Shown: in pieces, positions 31,458-42,333 of the stretch
How the letters are laid out: each line of letters starts with the position of its first letter
Position numbering within the stretch: the first letter of the stretch is position 1
Source: Tortispora ganteri
Lineage: Eukaryota
NCBI GenBank assembly: GCA_003707115.1
Contig: PPNB01000012.1
Coordinates: 124,001 to 188,000 of the forward strand
Length of the DNA stretch: 64,000 bases
Reading direction: 5' to 3'
The notes under the pieces: generated by a model
The model's database searches: none
Seen by the model: the letters and a program-made list of their open reading frames with translations, nothing else
What the model was told of the DNA's origin: nothing
Position numbers and translations under genes: made by a program

Positions 31458-33450
31458 GCTTAGCGTTTAAAGAGGCAAGATCTATAAAGCGCGAAGACTT
31501 TTTAAGAGAATAGAATGCTGACAGGTGTCGAATCGAGCAGATGTGACGGCTGTAAGCAAAGGGGGGTGCAAAGAGTCCGAACCAGGGGGGAGAAAGATGC
31601 CGGTGGTTCAATGAATACTAGCCGATACAGAACAAGAAGGCTAGATAAAAGAAGGAGAGAAGCTAGATCTATTACTAGAAAAAAAACACAAAATAAAACG
31701 TACCTACAGGATAACTGCAGGGTACTTAAAAGAAAGAAGAAAAAGAAGGAGATTTGACAAAATTAGTGGTTGTCTCACAGCCTGTCTGACTTTGCTGCAA
31801 TGCAAATCTAAATGGAGAACAAGGTAAAACTTAAATGAAATAAAGTGGAACTTTAATAATAATAAACTTAGCTTGTAATCTCTCCTTGGTCTATATGTGC
31901 AATATGCGATGGTGCGTAATTGCGGCGAGCAACATTTTGTTGACTGAATAAGTCGATCGCATACTGTGAAATGAGATTATACTACTAAACAAATCAATTG
32001 TCTCATTGAATAAAAGCAAATACATTAGATCGAATGTCGTTTTGGTCGACCATATGTTTGCCAGAATACAGCGAGAGAAAAAAAAAAACCTACCAAAAAA
32101 GGCTAAAAGGTACCTCTCGTTCGGGTTCGTCAAAGTGTCCCCGAAATAGGCTTATTGTAAGACCCACTTGTACTTATCACGTTTTCTTATTTAGAAGCCA
32201 AAAAAAATGGATAGAATGGTTCATTGCAGGATATTTTAATAAAATTATCAATATCGATTGATATATAATATTCAGTATTATAAAACAGCCATTGTATCGG
32301 CCAAACTTGTGGTTTTCGCCGCTTTGTCTCTTTACAATACAATACGAGGCAGCAAGGTCCGTTTCCCTTTTCTCAACAAAGTTAAGGGCAAGGGATTACC
32401 CGGTCTTTTATCTAACCCGAATGCAAGTCTATAGCTGTTGGACGTGATAAAGGGATATCTGCATATTGTACGATAAAATATTATTTTTACTAAACGACAA
32501 ACCGATACAAATTATAATTGAGGATAATTACATATAAATATTGATATTTATATGTATACTACATACATAATGACCCCCCTCTTCCAGTAACACTTTGCTG
32601 TAACGTGTTGTCTTTCTCGGGCCGACACTAAGGTCCGTAATTTACGTTTTATTACGCGTACTCTAAAACGAATACGCTTTATAAACTCATCTTATAATAC
32701 GCTCGCTTTCGTCTCAATCTTGTACTAAATTTGTAACTCCGTTAGCATTATTCAATTACTCAATTCTTATTATTAATACAGTACTTTGTATAATACATTA
32801 TCATAAAATCCAAGATCGTCCTTGCTGTATAGATCGAGACTTAAAAAGACTACTTTTTCCATTCGCCTGCGGGGAAATTATACTGCATTTTGCGATTCGC
32901 TCTTTCTTGCATTTTACTGTCTAAATAGGTAAAAAAATAAAAAAACTCTATCTATTTGGAGCCATTTTCAATCCTGTCCCTGTGTCTTTCGAGCTGCTAA
33001 ATACAGCTTTTAGTGCCTGCTTATTCGGCATTTCCTCTCTTTAGGGCGTTTAAGACCCAATCTAACAGTATGTTGCCATGGATATCCATTATCTTTCGTC
33101 CAATCTCTCCTATATTACTAATCTCAACCTTATCCCCTGCAAGTATTCGCACTAATGCTAGCTAATGTAAAATCATGCATAATAATGACTTTAAAGCATC
33201 TTAAATTCAGCCATTTTTTTGGAGCTCTTGTATGCACTCTTCTATCCTTTTTCAATAATCAATCCACTTCTATTATGACGTCTCGCTGATCTTCAACTCT
33301 AATAGCCGTATACATATTACCACTACATACGTATCTATAGCAACGTACTTCTTTTGATTAAGCTTCTTCATCGTATACTTACACTCTCGCACTCACGTAA
33401 ACAAACCTAGCTGCTGATCTGTATCATTTAGAAACCTTTTTTTTTCCTCA

Positions 33451-35934
33451 ATGGCAGACCAAGAAGATGACTTCCTTCAGCTACCGCTCACAGAAAGACT
33501 TGTACATAAAAACTGGAAGGCCCGCCAGAGCGCATACAAGGACTTAGAGTCTAACTTCAAATCTTACGACTTCTCAATAGCGCAATCAAACCCTGATTTG
33601 TTCGCAAAAGCTGTAGTTGACTCTAACGTCGCCGCACAGGAAGCAGCAACCGCCGCCTTATTGATGTTTCTGCATAATGCAGATTCTCCTTTAGTGTTAC
33701 GACTCGCACCCTCTTTCCTGTCTGGTCTTTGCGAAAAAGGCCTGGTCGCTACTCGTCCTTCTACTAAATCAAACACCGCAGAATGTCTTCTCGAAGTCTC
33801 CGAACATAAATCTACGGAAATGGTAGTAAACTGCCTCCTAGATCTTTACTCTCATAAACTTGCAAAGGTCATTGCTGCTTCTGTAGCAGCCACCACTGCG
33901 CAAGTAACCGCATTCGGAGCAAATAATGTCAATGTTAAAGCTATCCTCGAATCGATGCCTAAATTGTTTAGCCACATGGACAAAAACGTAAGAGCTGAAG
34001 CCTCAAAGCTGGCCGTGGAACTTTACAAATGGCTCGGAAATGCTCTCACTGATATCCTGCTTCCTAGCTTAAAGCCTGTCCAGCAGAAAGACCTTACTGA
34101 AACTTTTCAGGCTCTACCCGCCGAGAAACCTGCACCTACTCGTCAATTTAAGGCCGCAAAAGCTTCTGGAGCTAACTTAGATACTGTCGATGGAGCTGCA
34201 GATGATCCTATGGAAGTGGATACTGCTCCTGATGTTGATCCATTCGATCTCATGGAAGCAAAGCCTGTTCACATACCTGCAGTTTTCTATTCTCAGATAA
34301 CAGAAGTAAAATGGTCACTTCGTAAAGAAGCTATCGAAGGGCTTCAGAAAGAACTTGAAGGTAAACCGAAGATCGCCTCAGGTGACTACCTGGAGGCCAT
34401 ATCTGCCCTGGCCAAATGCGTCGCTAAAGATGCAAATGTGGTTGTAGTGACTCTTTCTGCTCAATCTATTGCATTATTTGCAAAGGGTCTTAAAGGTAGT
34501 TTCAGTCAGTACCGTCCAATTGTCACCAGTCCTCTCTTAGAAAGATTAAAGGAAAAGAAACAGACCGTGTCGCAAGCACTTACATCCGCTCTGGAAGCCA
34601 CATTTTTGGCGACTTCTTTATCTGATATGCTGGATGATATTTTGAGTGCATGTGGCCACAAGACACCCAATGTGAAGATAGAGACGCTAAATTTTCTAGT
34701 ACGGTGCCTTTCACAAACAACAATCAAAATTCCCAGTGCCTCGGTGCAGCAAATTGCTGAAATGGCTGTTCAAAGGGTATCCGATACCGATGAAAATGTC
34801 CGCAACTCCGCGGCTCAGGTCCTCGGTACGCTGATGAAAATGATGGGCCGTAGAGTGGTTGAACCCCTTATAACGAGTTTACCACAAATCAGAAAAGACA
34901 AAATTTACGACTATTGCGAAAAAGCTGAGGTGAAATTAGTGGTTACTACAGCGCCCGCGCCTGTTCCACAGTCGAAAGTGAGCGCTAAAACAGTTTCTAC
35001 AGTGAGAAATGCTCCGAAATCAGTTGGTTCACCGCGCGGCGGGTCATTGTCACCGACAAAACCACTTCACAGACCAGCAGGAGTGAGTCGTCCGGTGTCG
35101 AGCATAAAAACTCGTGGAGAAGTGCCGCCTTCGCCTACTAAGCGCGCACTTCCGATTACGGATTCTCCCATGAACAAAGGAGAGGGCATGAGATATGGCG
35201 GAAAAGTCAGTGGGTTAACTGGACGATCACTGGTGTCTAAAGAGAGTACGGCGCTTGACGCTAGAGCTGCATCGCCTAGAGCAAAATCAGGAGCGGCAGT
35301 ATCTTCAGCCAGTGTACCTATATCACCGGGAAAGATAGAGAATTTAGTGAAAGAGAATGCACAGATGAAAGCAGCCATGGCCAGTTTAGAGAGCGAGCTC
35401 GCAACATACAAGAGCAAGTTAGCAAAGCTTGAACTCTCTAAGGACGCAGAAAAGAGTAAACACATTCAGAGCACTACCGTTACACAAGCGCAAGTTGCAG
35501 AGTTAGTAGCAGAAAAGAAGGAGATATTGTCACAACTGAGGTCGCGAGATAGTATGCTTGCGAGGGTACAGAGCGAATTGGAGATGGAACGAGCTAAAGC
35601 GGCGCAGTTGGAGATTCGACTCGGTGGAGCCATTAATGGAACTGTTGATCTAGAAACACGAAACATGAGCCTAGGACACGCTATTGGATCACCCGAACGT
35701 ATAAAGACGGGGTTGCAGTCACCGTCACATATCTCTGGACAAAGCTGGAGGCCTAGTGGGCTACGGCAGCCTACAGGTGCCGGCAATCAACTAGGCAAAG
35801 AGAACGGATTACGATATCCAAAAAGTGAGCTATCGGGTCGAAGTAGCAGTTCCCACTCGAGCATCAGTACAGTAGCCACGCAACTGCGAGAAAGGATCGA
35901 AGCAATCAAAGCGCAGCAGAGCAAGCGTATGTGA
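33451..35934 (+). CDS. STU2: XMAP215/Dis1-family microtubule polymerase
   Basis: TOG1 (LPLTERLVHKNWKARQSAY), TOG2 (KWSLRKEA, LLERLKEKK), basic linker, coiled coil, C-terminal LRERIEAIK. Confidence 0.93.
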   Translation: MADQEDDFLQLPLTERLVHKNWKARQSAYKDLESNFKSYDFSIAQSNPDLFAKAVVDSNVAAQEAATAALLMFLHNADSPLVLRLAPSFLSGLCEKGLVATRPSTKSNTAECLLEVSEHKSTEMVVNCLLDLYSHKLAKVIAASVAATTAQVTAFGANNVNVKAILESMPKLFSHMDKNVRAEASKLAVELYKWLGNALTDILLPSLKPVQQKDLTETFQALPAEKPAPTRQFKAAKASGANLDTVDGAADDPMEVDTAPDVDPFDLMEAKPVHIPAVFYSQITEVKWSLRKEAIEGLQKELEGKPKIASGDYLEAISALAKCVAKDANVVVVTLSAQSIALFAKGLKGSFSQYRPIVTSPLLERLKEKKQTVSQALTSALEATFLATSLSDMLDDILSACGHKTPNVKIETLNFLVRCLSQTTIKIPSASVQQIAEMAVQRVSDTDENVRNSAAQVLGTLMKMMGRRVVEPLITSLPQIRKDKIYDYCEKAEVKLVVTTAPAPVPQSKVSAKTVSTVRNAPKSVGSPRGGSLSPTKPLHRPAGVSRPVSSIKTRGEVPPSPTKRALPITDSPMNKGEGMRYGGKVSGLTGRSLVSKESTALDARAASPRAKSGAAVSSASVPISPGKIENLVKENAQMKAAMASLESELATYKSKLAKLELSKDAEKSKHIQSTTVTQAQVAELVAEKKEILSQLRSRDSMLARVQSELEMERAKAAQLEIRLGGAINGTVDLETRNMSLGHAIGSPERIKTGLQSPSHISGQSWRPSGLRQPTGAGNQLGKENGLRYPKSELSGRSSSSHSSISTVATQLRERIEAIKAQQSKRM

Positions 35935-35964
35935 AGAGGAGGGGGTAAGATTTATCTGCGAGGA

Positions 35965-36306
35965 TCATTGTTTTGGTTTTATGAGGCCCTTATAGACGAC
36001 ATAGAAAGCTATTGTTGAATCATTTCCTATCATTGCTAACAAGAATCTATTATATTTAATTGGCGATTTTTGAGTCAACGTATCGTCGATTTGCGTCCAT
36101 TGACGCAGAGTCATTGGTGTTTCTTTAATGCACGGAAAGACAATCTCTTCCTTGATAGCCGAGTCATCTTGACGAATTTTTGTGGAAGGAGTACCTATTA
36201 AGAATATGTATTCTTTATTATTGTGGTTTATTAACAGTTCAGAGACATTTATCCAGTTGTTTTGCTGTTCCAGTGCCGTTTTTACTGATTGAACGGTGGA
36301 TGTCAT
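35965..36306 (-). CDS. SEN15: tRNA-splicing endonuclease subunit Sen15
   Basis: VKTALEQQNNW, EEIVFP, RFLLAMIGNDSTIAFYVVYKGLIKPKQ. First ATG is at 36306. Confidence 0.82.
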   Translation of the reverse strand: MTSTVQSVKTALEQQNNWINVSELLINHNNKEYIFLIGTPSTKIRQDDSAIKEEIVFPCIKETPMTLRQWTQIDDTLTQKSPIKYNRFLLAMIGNDSTIAFYVVYKGLIKPKQ

Positions 36307-36396
36307 CGGAAGGTAAGGTTTGGGATGCAAGATGGGAGAACCTGGTCTGGTCTAGAGGAAAGCAGTAAGTAAGTGGATCGTATTGAACTTCACGAG

Positions 36397-38526
36397 TTAG
36401 CGGAGCAGCAAACGCGAGAAAATCAAATAAAATAAAATGCCAAAGACCAACAGACCAAGAACAACTCCATTAAACCACGTTAGCGAATCGATCTCTTGTC
36501 CTGGTACTTTGACGTTCATGCCCCAAAGACCGGTCACGATGTTCATAGGGAGTACAATAGTGCCCAGTACTGTTAAATGACCTAATACCTCGTTTGTATC
36601 GTTGTTGACCTGCGTCATTTCAATGTTAATTTGAGCCAAATAATTAGAGTGTGATCGCGATAATAGTTTCTCATAATGGTTCAGGCTTTGAGTCATAGTC
36701 ACGACGTGATCTTGGATATCGCCCAAATAGAGCGCAACTTCTGCCGCTGGAGCGGCGTCCCAGTTCTCCTGGCATCTCTTTGAAAAACTCTTAACGACAT
36801 CTGCCTTAGATGAGACAAGTCTAGTCAACGCCATAACTCTTTTGCGGCACTCTCCGATCCTGATCAGCATGTCTCCCTTCTGCTTCCATGTGAGTGAGGC
36901 ACTGGAGTCGGATGATGAAGTGGAAGAGGTGCGGCGGTCAAATAAGTTATCCAGTCCATTCTTCTCATCGTCTTCTTCATCGTAGGACTTAGAGAAAATC
37001 TTTATAATGTCGTTATCTATAATCAGCACTTCTTGCTCTGTAGCATCCATAATTGGCGCGAAATGATCTGTCACATCGTCAATTAATGCGTACGATATCC
37101 AATCGGCGCTTACGCTTATGTGCTCGCGTAGTTGTCTGATTCGTCGTCTAACATTTGCAGGGTGAGCCACGGGCGAATGGTGGAACGTCAACACACCTTC
37201 TTTGAATACAACGATATAGAGGTTCACGGGCTCCAGCACTCGTGACATATACTTCTGCGAACGGATACGCTGTTGCATTGTAGATGAACTTATGCTGTGG
37301 ATACTTCCTGTGCGGCCTTTCGGGCGGCTTGGATTATTCTCTGAGTCGTATCTATATGCCTTTGATTTCTTTATGAGTCTGAAAGTGCGGAACACTATCA
37401 GATAGTAGTCTCCGAAGACCTCTATCTTTTCGCGAGATTCGCCGAGCATGATGTCTTCAGCTGTGAGCGGGTGGATGCCAAATGTACGTGATAGAATCTT
37501 CATCTCGCTATCTGTGGGGTTCAGAATATCCAACCAGAATGGCGGAGCCACAGTTTCAGGCGTTTCAGAGTAAACGTGATCCGTAGTGCAGCTCTTCTCG
37601 CTCTCCTTGGAGGAATGCAGTTCTTCATCAGAGAAAGTTCCCGAGAGAGCCGCATTCGGGGGCTTCACGCCAGTGGCTGACGAAATAGGGTGTTGTGCAG
37701 GAGTTACAGAGCGGGTTGGTAAGTCTGCGATGGCGATGGACGGAGTGTTGAGCCTAGTGGGGCCGCGGATGTGTGGCCGTGTTGTCTCTATGCGCAGGGG
37801 AAATAGGTTTGCAAAAGAGATGGATGTACCTGCGATCTCACTAGCACGTTCGGGCAGCAACGACAGAGTCGGAGAATGGATAGTTCTGGAATATGTTTCG
37901 CAGAAATAGTTGAACCTGCTAGGAAGCGAAGAGATACTTCCTGGGCGTGTAAGGGGAGTTCCGTCTATAGAAGCATAACCGTCTATAGTTTCGAGCTGTT
38001 GATTGAGGATATGGCTTTTCTCCTCGCGAGACCAATTGTCTAGCTGATTAAGGTCTGGCCACTTATCTTCGCGGCCTGTTTCCTGATCAGAGTCTAGTTT
38101 GTCTTCAAATGGTAGACAAACGTCGTCGCGGATCGAGGAACGGCGCGATCGGCTGTCATCTGTGCTGTAATCGTCAATGCTGTCAGTGTCTGATTCGACG
38201 GCGTCTTCATCAGCAGGGGCATAGGCGGCGTCATTCTGACTGCGACGGTAAAGGAAGGAGTGGGTGCGGGGTCTAACTGACTGTCTGCGCGGTTCGTAAG
38301 AGGATAAAAAGGGTTCATTCTCTTGAGGTTCACGGTTATACAAGGAGTTTTCGGCTGAAGAGTGGCGATGCTGATGCGGTTCATTAGATGATACCGAAGT
38401 GGATGACCGCATAGATGGCCGCCCATTGTAAGACTCATGGATCCTGCGTGGTACGCTACGGCTGAATAGTCCAGAAGTAGACGAGTGTCGTGGAGGTTCA
38501 CGTAGTGGCGTAGTTTCTTCTGCCAT
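36397..38526 (-). CDS. MNR2: CorA-family Mg2+ transporter, Mnr2 subtype
   Basis: GLWGMNV, DDVCL...WPD...SREE, TIHSPT, WKQKGDMLIRIGECRKRVM, LNHYEKLLSRSHSNYLAQINI match Mnr2 better than Alr1. Confidence 0.88.
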   Translation of the reverse strand: MAEETTPLREPPRHSSTSGLFSRSVPRRIHESYNGRPSMRSSTSVSSNEPHQHRHSSAENSLYNREPQENEPFLSSYEPRRQSVRPRTHSFLYRRSQNDAAYAPADEDAVESDTDSIDDYSTDDSRSRRSSIRDDVCLPFEDKLDSDQETGREDKWPDLNQLDNWSREEKSHILNQQLETIDGYASIDGTPLTRPGSISSLPSRFNYFCETYSRTIHSPTLSLLPERASEIAGTSISFANLFPLRIETTRPHIRGPTRLNTPSIAIADLPTRSVTPAQHPISSATGVKPPNAALSGTFSDEELHSSKESEKSCTTDHVYSETPETVAPPFWLDILNPTDSEMKILSRTFGIHPLTAEDIMLGESREKIEVFGDYYLIVFRTFRLIKKSKAYRYDSENNPSRPKGRTGSIHSISSSTMQQRIRSQKYMSRVLEPVNLYIVVFKEGVLTFHHSPVAHPANVRRRIRQLREHISVSADWISYALIDDVTDHFAPIMDATEQEVLIIDNDIIKIFSKSYDEEDDEKNGLDNLFDRRTSSTSSSDSSASLTWKQKGDMLIRIGECRKRVMALTRLVSSKADVVKSFSKRCQENWDAAPAAEVALYLGDIQDHVVTMTQSLNHYEKLLSRSHSNYLAQINIEMTQVNNDTNEVLGHLTVLGTIVLPMNIVTGLWGMNVKVPGQEIDSLTWFNGVVLGLLVFGILFYLIFSRLLLR

Positions 38527-38830
38527 TACTAATTTAGAATCTTTAATTGTTATAGATCATGCAATGATGAAAGGTAGAGGGGTTGGTGTGTTGTAATTGG
38601 GCGGGTGTAATATCAGAGTTTTTGTCTGTACAGTGGGGGAGTCCCTTTGTGGTGTTTTAGTAGGCGCTGGCCCAAGCGCGTCTATTCTGGGCTCAATAAA
38701 AATATACGATTAAAAAATCAAATAAATAAAATGAAAAAAAAAAGATGGGCATTGCGATGTGCGATGTGCGAGATGTACGTGGCTTAATAGCTAAAACCCT
38801 TCTTGCTTCAAGGTCACACGACACACACCA

Positions 38831-40711
38831 CTACACCAAAGGCGGGATAACCACAGAGTAAGGCGATGTATCAGGTTTTGCTGAAGTTTGATCGACCTCA
38901 ACGTTCAGTGTAAAACAAAGTGACCTGAATGATTCATCTGAATAACCACAGCGAGAAACATCCTCACCTGGAAGAATAATATTGTCGGGAACTTTTGCTG
39001 ACTCACGTAGCTCTGCTATGTCGCCGTATTTGTTCATTTGAATCTTGTGTCGTCCTACATGCAATTTGGCTTGATTCACAGGTTCTATGACACACCAATT
39101 TCTTTTATTTAGCAAATAAGTGTTCTTGCGTTTCGTCCCGTTAGGTTCCAGCGCGAACACAGATAAGAGCGACTCTTTCGCGTGGTGCAGTCGGTGTGTC
39201 TTGTTGCGAAACTTAAGTAGTTTCGCTAGTAAATCTCCCGGTGGCGTATTCGTGATCGCAGACGATACAACGTTCACCATGTAGCTCGGATCGTCGGCAA
39301 TGTCGCTGATCTTAGGGTCCCGGAAGAACCCCACTGCGGCTAAATGAACGTCGCCCGACAAAATGCTAACTCGGACTTTCGTCTCTGAGGAAAACTTCAT
39401 TAACCGCTGCACCAGCTCGTTTCGCTCCTTCTTGTGACTACCGGCGCACCAGTGGTCATTCAAATCATCCAAAATCTCGATGCCATGGTCGAACCGGTTC
39501 ACCAGCCCTTTCATGAACAGCCCTTTTACAGCCAAGAACTTGATACCAGCTAGCACACGGCTAGTTAACATCTTTTCTAAAAATACAAGTCGCGGATAGA
39601 AGATCGGCACGCCGAGCATTATCACTAGATGTTTGATAGCGCCGTTGCTCGCAGCAACCTCTTCGCGCACGCGTTTGAATACCTTGTCATAAGTTTCTTT
39701 AGTGACTACCTGGTTTAGCTTGCGCTCTGTGCGGCAGTCCAGTCCCAGAAACAGCACATCAATACCGGCACGCACGACCACTGAACGGCTATATTCCTCT
39801 ATATATGGGCCCTTTGCCGCACCGTACACGTAGCAGGAGTTCGGGTCCTCAGGCTCAGATGGTAGGCTCTGGTGCTGGAAAAGCATGTAATTCTTGAATG
39901 CAACGCGGCCAACGCCCTTAAACACAGGTGATCGCATGAGAGAGTTGCTGTAGGTGCCGAACCCGTCAATGATATCATGGTCATCGAATATGTTTACCAT
40001 AGGGATCATCGCCATGGCTATGGGGAAGTACGGCTGGTAGGTTTCGTTGACCGGATGGTTGAAGTAGCCTTTACCGAACCAATCGAGATAGTGTTTGAAG
40101 TAGCACTCGTCTAGATCAGCCTCGAATTGCTCAGACATGGGTTGGGTGTGTTTGGACCTGAGGTTCAACTTCTGAGTCCAATCGAACAACGGTTTACATC
40201 GCTTAGTGACAATATCAGAGTATATCTGGTCGCCACCGCCGTACATGACGTGAAAATGCGTGATGTGATGAGCGTTGAGGACATCCTCCCACAGACAGGC
40301 TGGGAATAAGGCTGGATCGGCGCCTAGACTGAATCCATTACAGGATTGGAACATCTGATTCATAGTTTGGTTGACTGCAGGTACGTAGAAGTAAATTCTA
40401 GGCGTCTTGTTGATCGAATAGTAAACTTTCTGTTCTTCGTTAGTGAGCCGGACTTCTAGCGGGAATCGCCAGAAGATGATGTCGTCGATCTCAGTGAGAC
40501 GCTCGCCTTCAACATGGGTTGTACCATGTGGCGTTTCAAGCTTTAAAGTGGGTGTGTTTCTGATGATTTTGGATCCAATCATGCAAGAACCACGCCAGAG
40601 TGCAGAATCTATAGACATACCCAGGTACCGTAGCATTGGGCCTACGGTCATGCAGATGTCTGCCTCTGTGGCGCCTCGCATCTGTTCAGGCAGCTGGAAA
40701 GGGATAGCCAT
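38831..40711 (-). CDS. PhoD-like metallophosphatase family protein
   Basis: SCNGFS, HVMYGGGDQIYSD, IFDDHDIIDGFG, LDCRTER, LDDLNDHW, ILSGDVHLAA. Confidence 0.85.
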   Translation of the reverse strand: MAIPFQLPEQMRGATEADICMTVGPMLRYLGMSIDSALWRGSCMIGSKIIRNTPTLKLETPHGTTHVEGERLTEIDDIIFWRFPLEVRLTNEEQKVYYSINKTPRIYFYVPAVNQTMNQMFQSCNGFSLGADPALFPACLWEDVLNAHHITHFHVMYGGGDQIYSDIVTKRCKPLFDWTQKLNLRSKHTQPMSEQFEADLDECYFKHYLDWFGKGYFNHPVNETYQPYFPIAMAMIPMVNIFDDHDIIDGFGTYSNSLMRSPVFKGVGRVAFKNYMLFQHQSLPSEPEDPNSCYVYGAAKGPYIEEYSRSVVVRAGIDVLFLGLDCRTERKLNQVVTKETYDKVFKRVREEVAASNGAIKHLVIMLGVPIFYPRLVFLEKMLTSRVLAGIKFLAVKGLFMKGLVNRFDHGIEILDDLNDHWCAGSHKKERNELVQRLMKFSSETKVRVSILSGDVHLAAVGFFRDPKISDIADDPSYMVNVVSSAITNTPPGDLLAKLLKFRNKTHRLHHAKESLLSVFALEPNGTKRKNTYLLNKRNWCVIEPVNQAKLHVGRHKIQMNKYGDIAELRESAKVPDNIILPGEDVSRCGYSDESFRSLCFTLNVEVDQTSAKPDTSPYSVVIPPLV

Positions 40712-42333
40712 TTTTATGTTTTTAGGAGATTACAACAATTGCAACGAAAAAAAGCCAAAGTTCAAGGCGAGTTGCAGGCAAAGGAAGGAAAGTGAGTAGG
40801 CGTGAAAGGCGTTAAGAAATCGACGCAACTAGCATTGGTCGCAAGGTGCGACCAGTCGAAATAGGCGTGTTTGATTGGGGGTTGGTCAGGTGATCAACGC
40901 CTGTGGTCAGGGTAGTTTGCATGATGTAAATGCAACGTTGAGGGCGCAGTCACAGTCAAAATAAAAGGGCGATTACAGTATTTCGGTAAAAGATGTTATA
41001 CCTTGACACAATCGGGTATACATAGGTGGTAATGGCGTAAGCAGAGACAGGAGTGGGTTAATGAAATGGGGTGGGAAAGGAGGAGGGAGAGAGGGGGAGG
41101 GGGCGGGTGGCTATATAAACCACCAAATCAGCACGAATTATAGTCGATGTGTAGATTGCATAACGCTAGGCATTTGACTGGTATTTTAGTGCTATAGTTG
41201 ATGCGTAGAATCAACGAATTGACGGATCGATCGGTGAGAATGAAAAGTGTTAGTAGTTCCAACTGAATATTGATTGCTTACACTAAAAGAGATTTATTAG
41301 GTGCAAAGCGTGGAGGAGGGGTTAAAGCCAAGGAAAAAGAGAGCCCGTAAATGACTAGACAAGATTGACAGACAAACGGGTTGAGAGCCAAGCGTAATTA
41401 GTGAATAGGTGAGGAGGGGGATTCTTTGTGATTTGATTGTTTTGGTTGCCAGGGAACAAAAGCATGGTACGTGGTGGTGTGGGGTTTACAGTTTGCATCC
41501 CCGCTCTAGGTGAAGTTGCAAATAATCGAATCATTATCGTCTGTAATGTAGAAAGATGATGAGGTTGTTTGGCGATCATTGGAAAATGAGCGATTGTTCC
41601 TTTTGCTAAAAAAGCAGGACAATGTTACGGTTTCATTTGGTGCGATCGAACATTTGAGCCACCAGTAGCGCTCTTATAGCAAATCTGTGCGAACACTAAA
41701 AGGTATTGTAAAACTCTTTCGAATGTACTCTTTTGAACCTTAGCCGTGCAGATTAGATAGTTGTTCAATTAGACTTCGTATTTGTATTGCCCGGCAATTG
41801 GACTTACCTACCGCACTTTAAGTTGCTCCACGGAAACAAGCGTGCTCATCCATTGGCTATATTGACGACCGGACTTGGGAAAGGGGAAATGACATTCCGA
41901 AATTAAATAAGACAGCGCGTATACTAATTTTGGTGTTGAAAATCAACTCCGGTGGTTTTATTTAGAAGTGGAATTGCTTTACAAGATTTATAAAAGTGTG
42001 AGATTTTGGACGAACTATGATTCGACGTTCATGAGGAGTCATAGACAATTGAGGGTTGGGGCGAGTCCATAATTGGTAAGGAGCTGGATATAATCAACCG
42101 AGAAAAACCACTTAGTATGCATGCCTAAACAGGCATTTAGTAGCCGATAAAAACGCTTAGTGACGTGGAAAAAACATAGAGAAAATCCCAACAAAAATAG
42201 CTGTACATTATCCAGAAATTACAATTAACAACAATCGGCTGATTCAGAGATTAATGTCGCAGTAAGCGATTAATTCGCATACATACTACGCCAGCAACCG
42301 AAGGATATCACTTATCGCCCGCTCTATCTGGGA

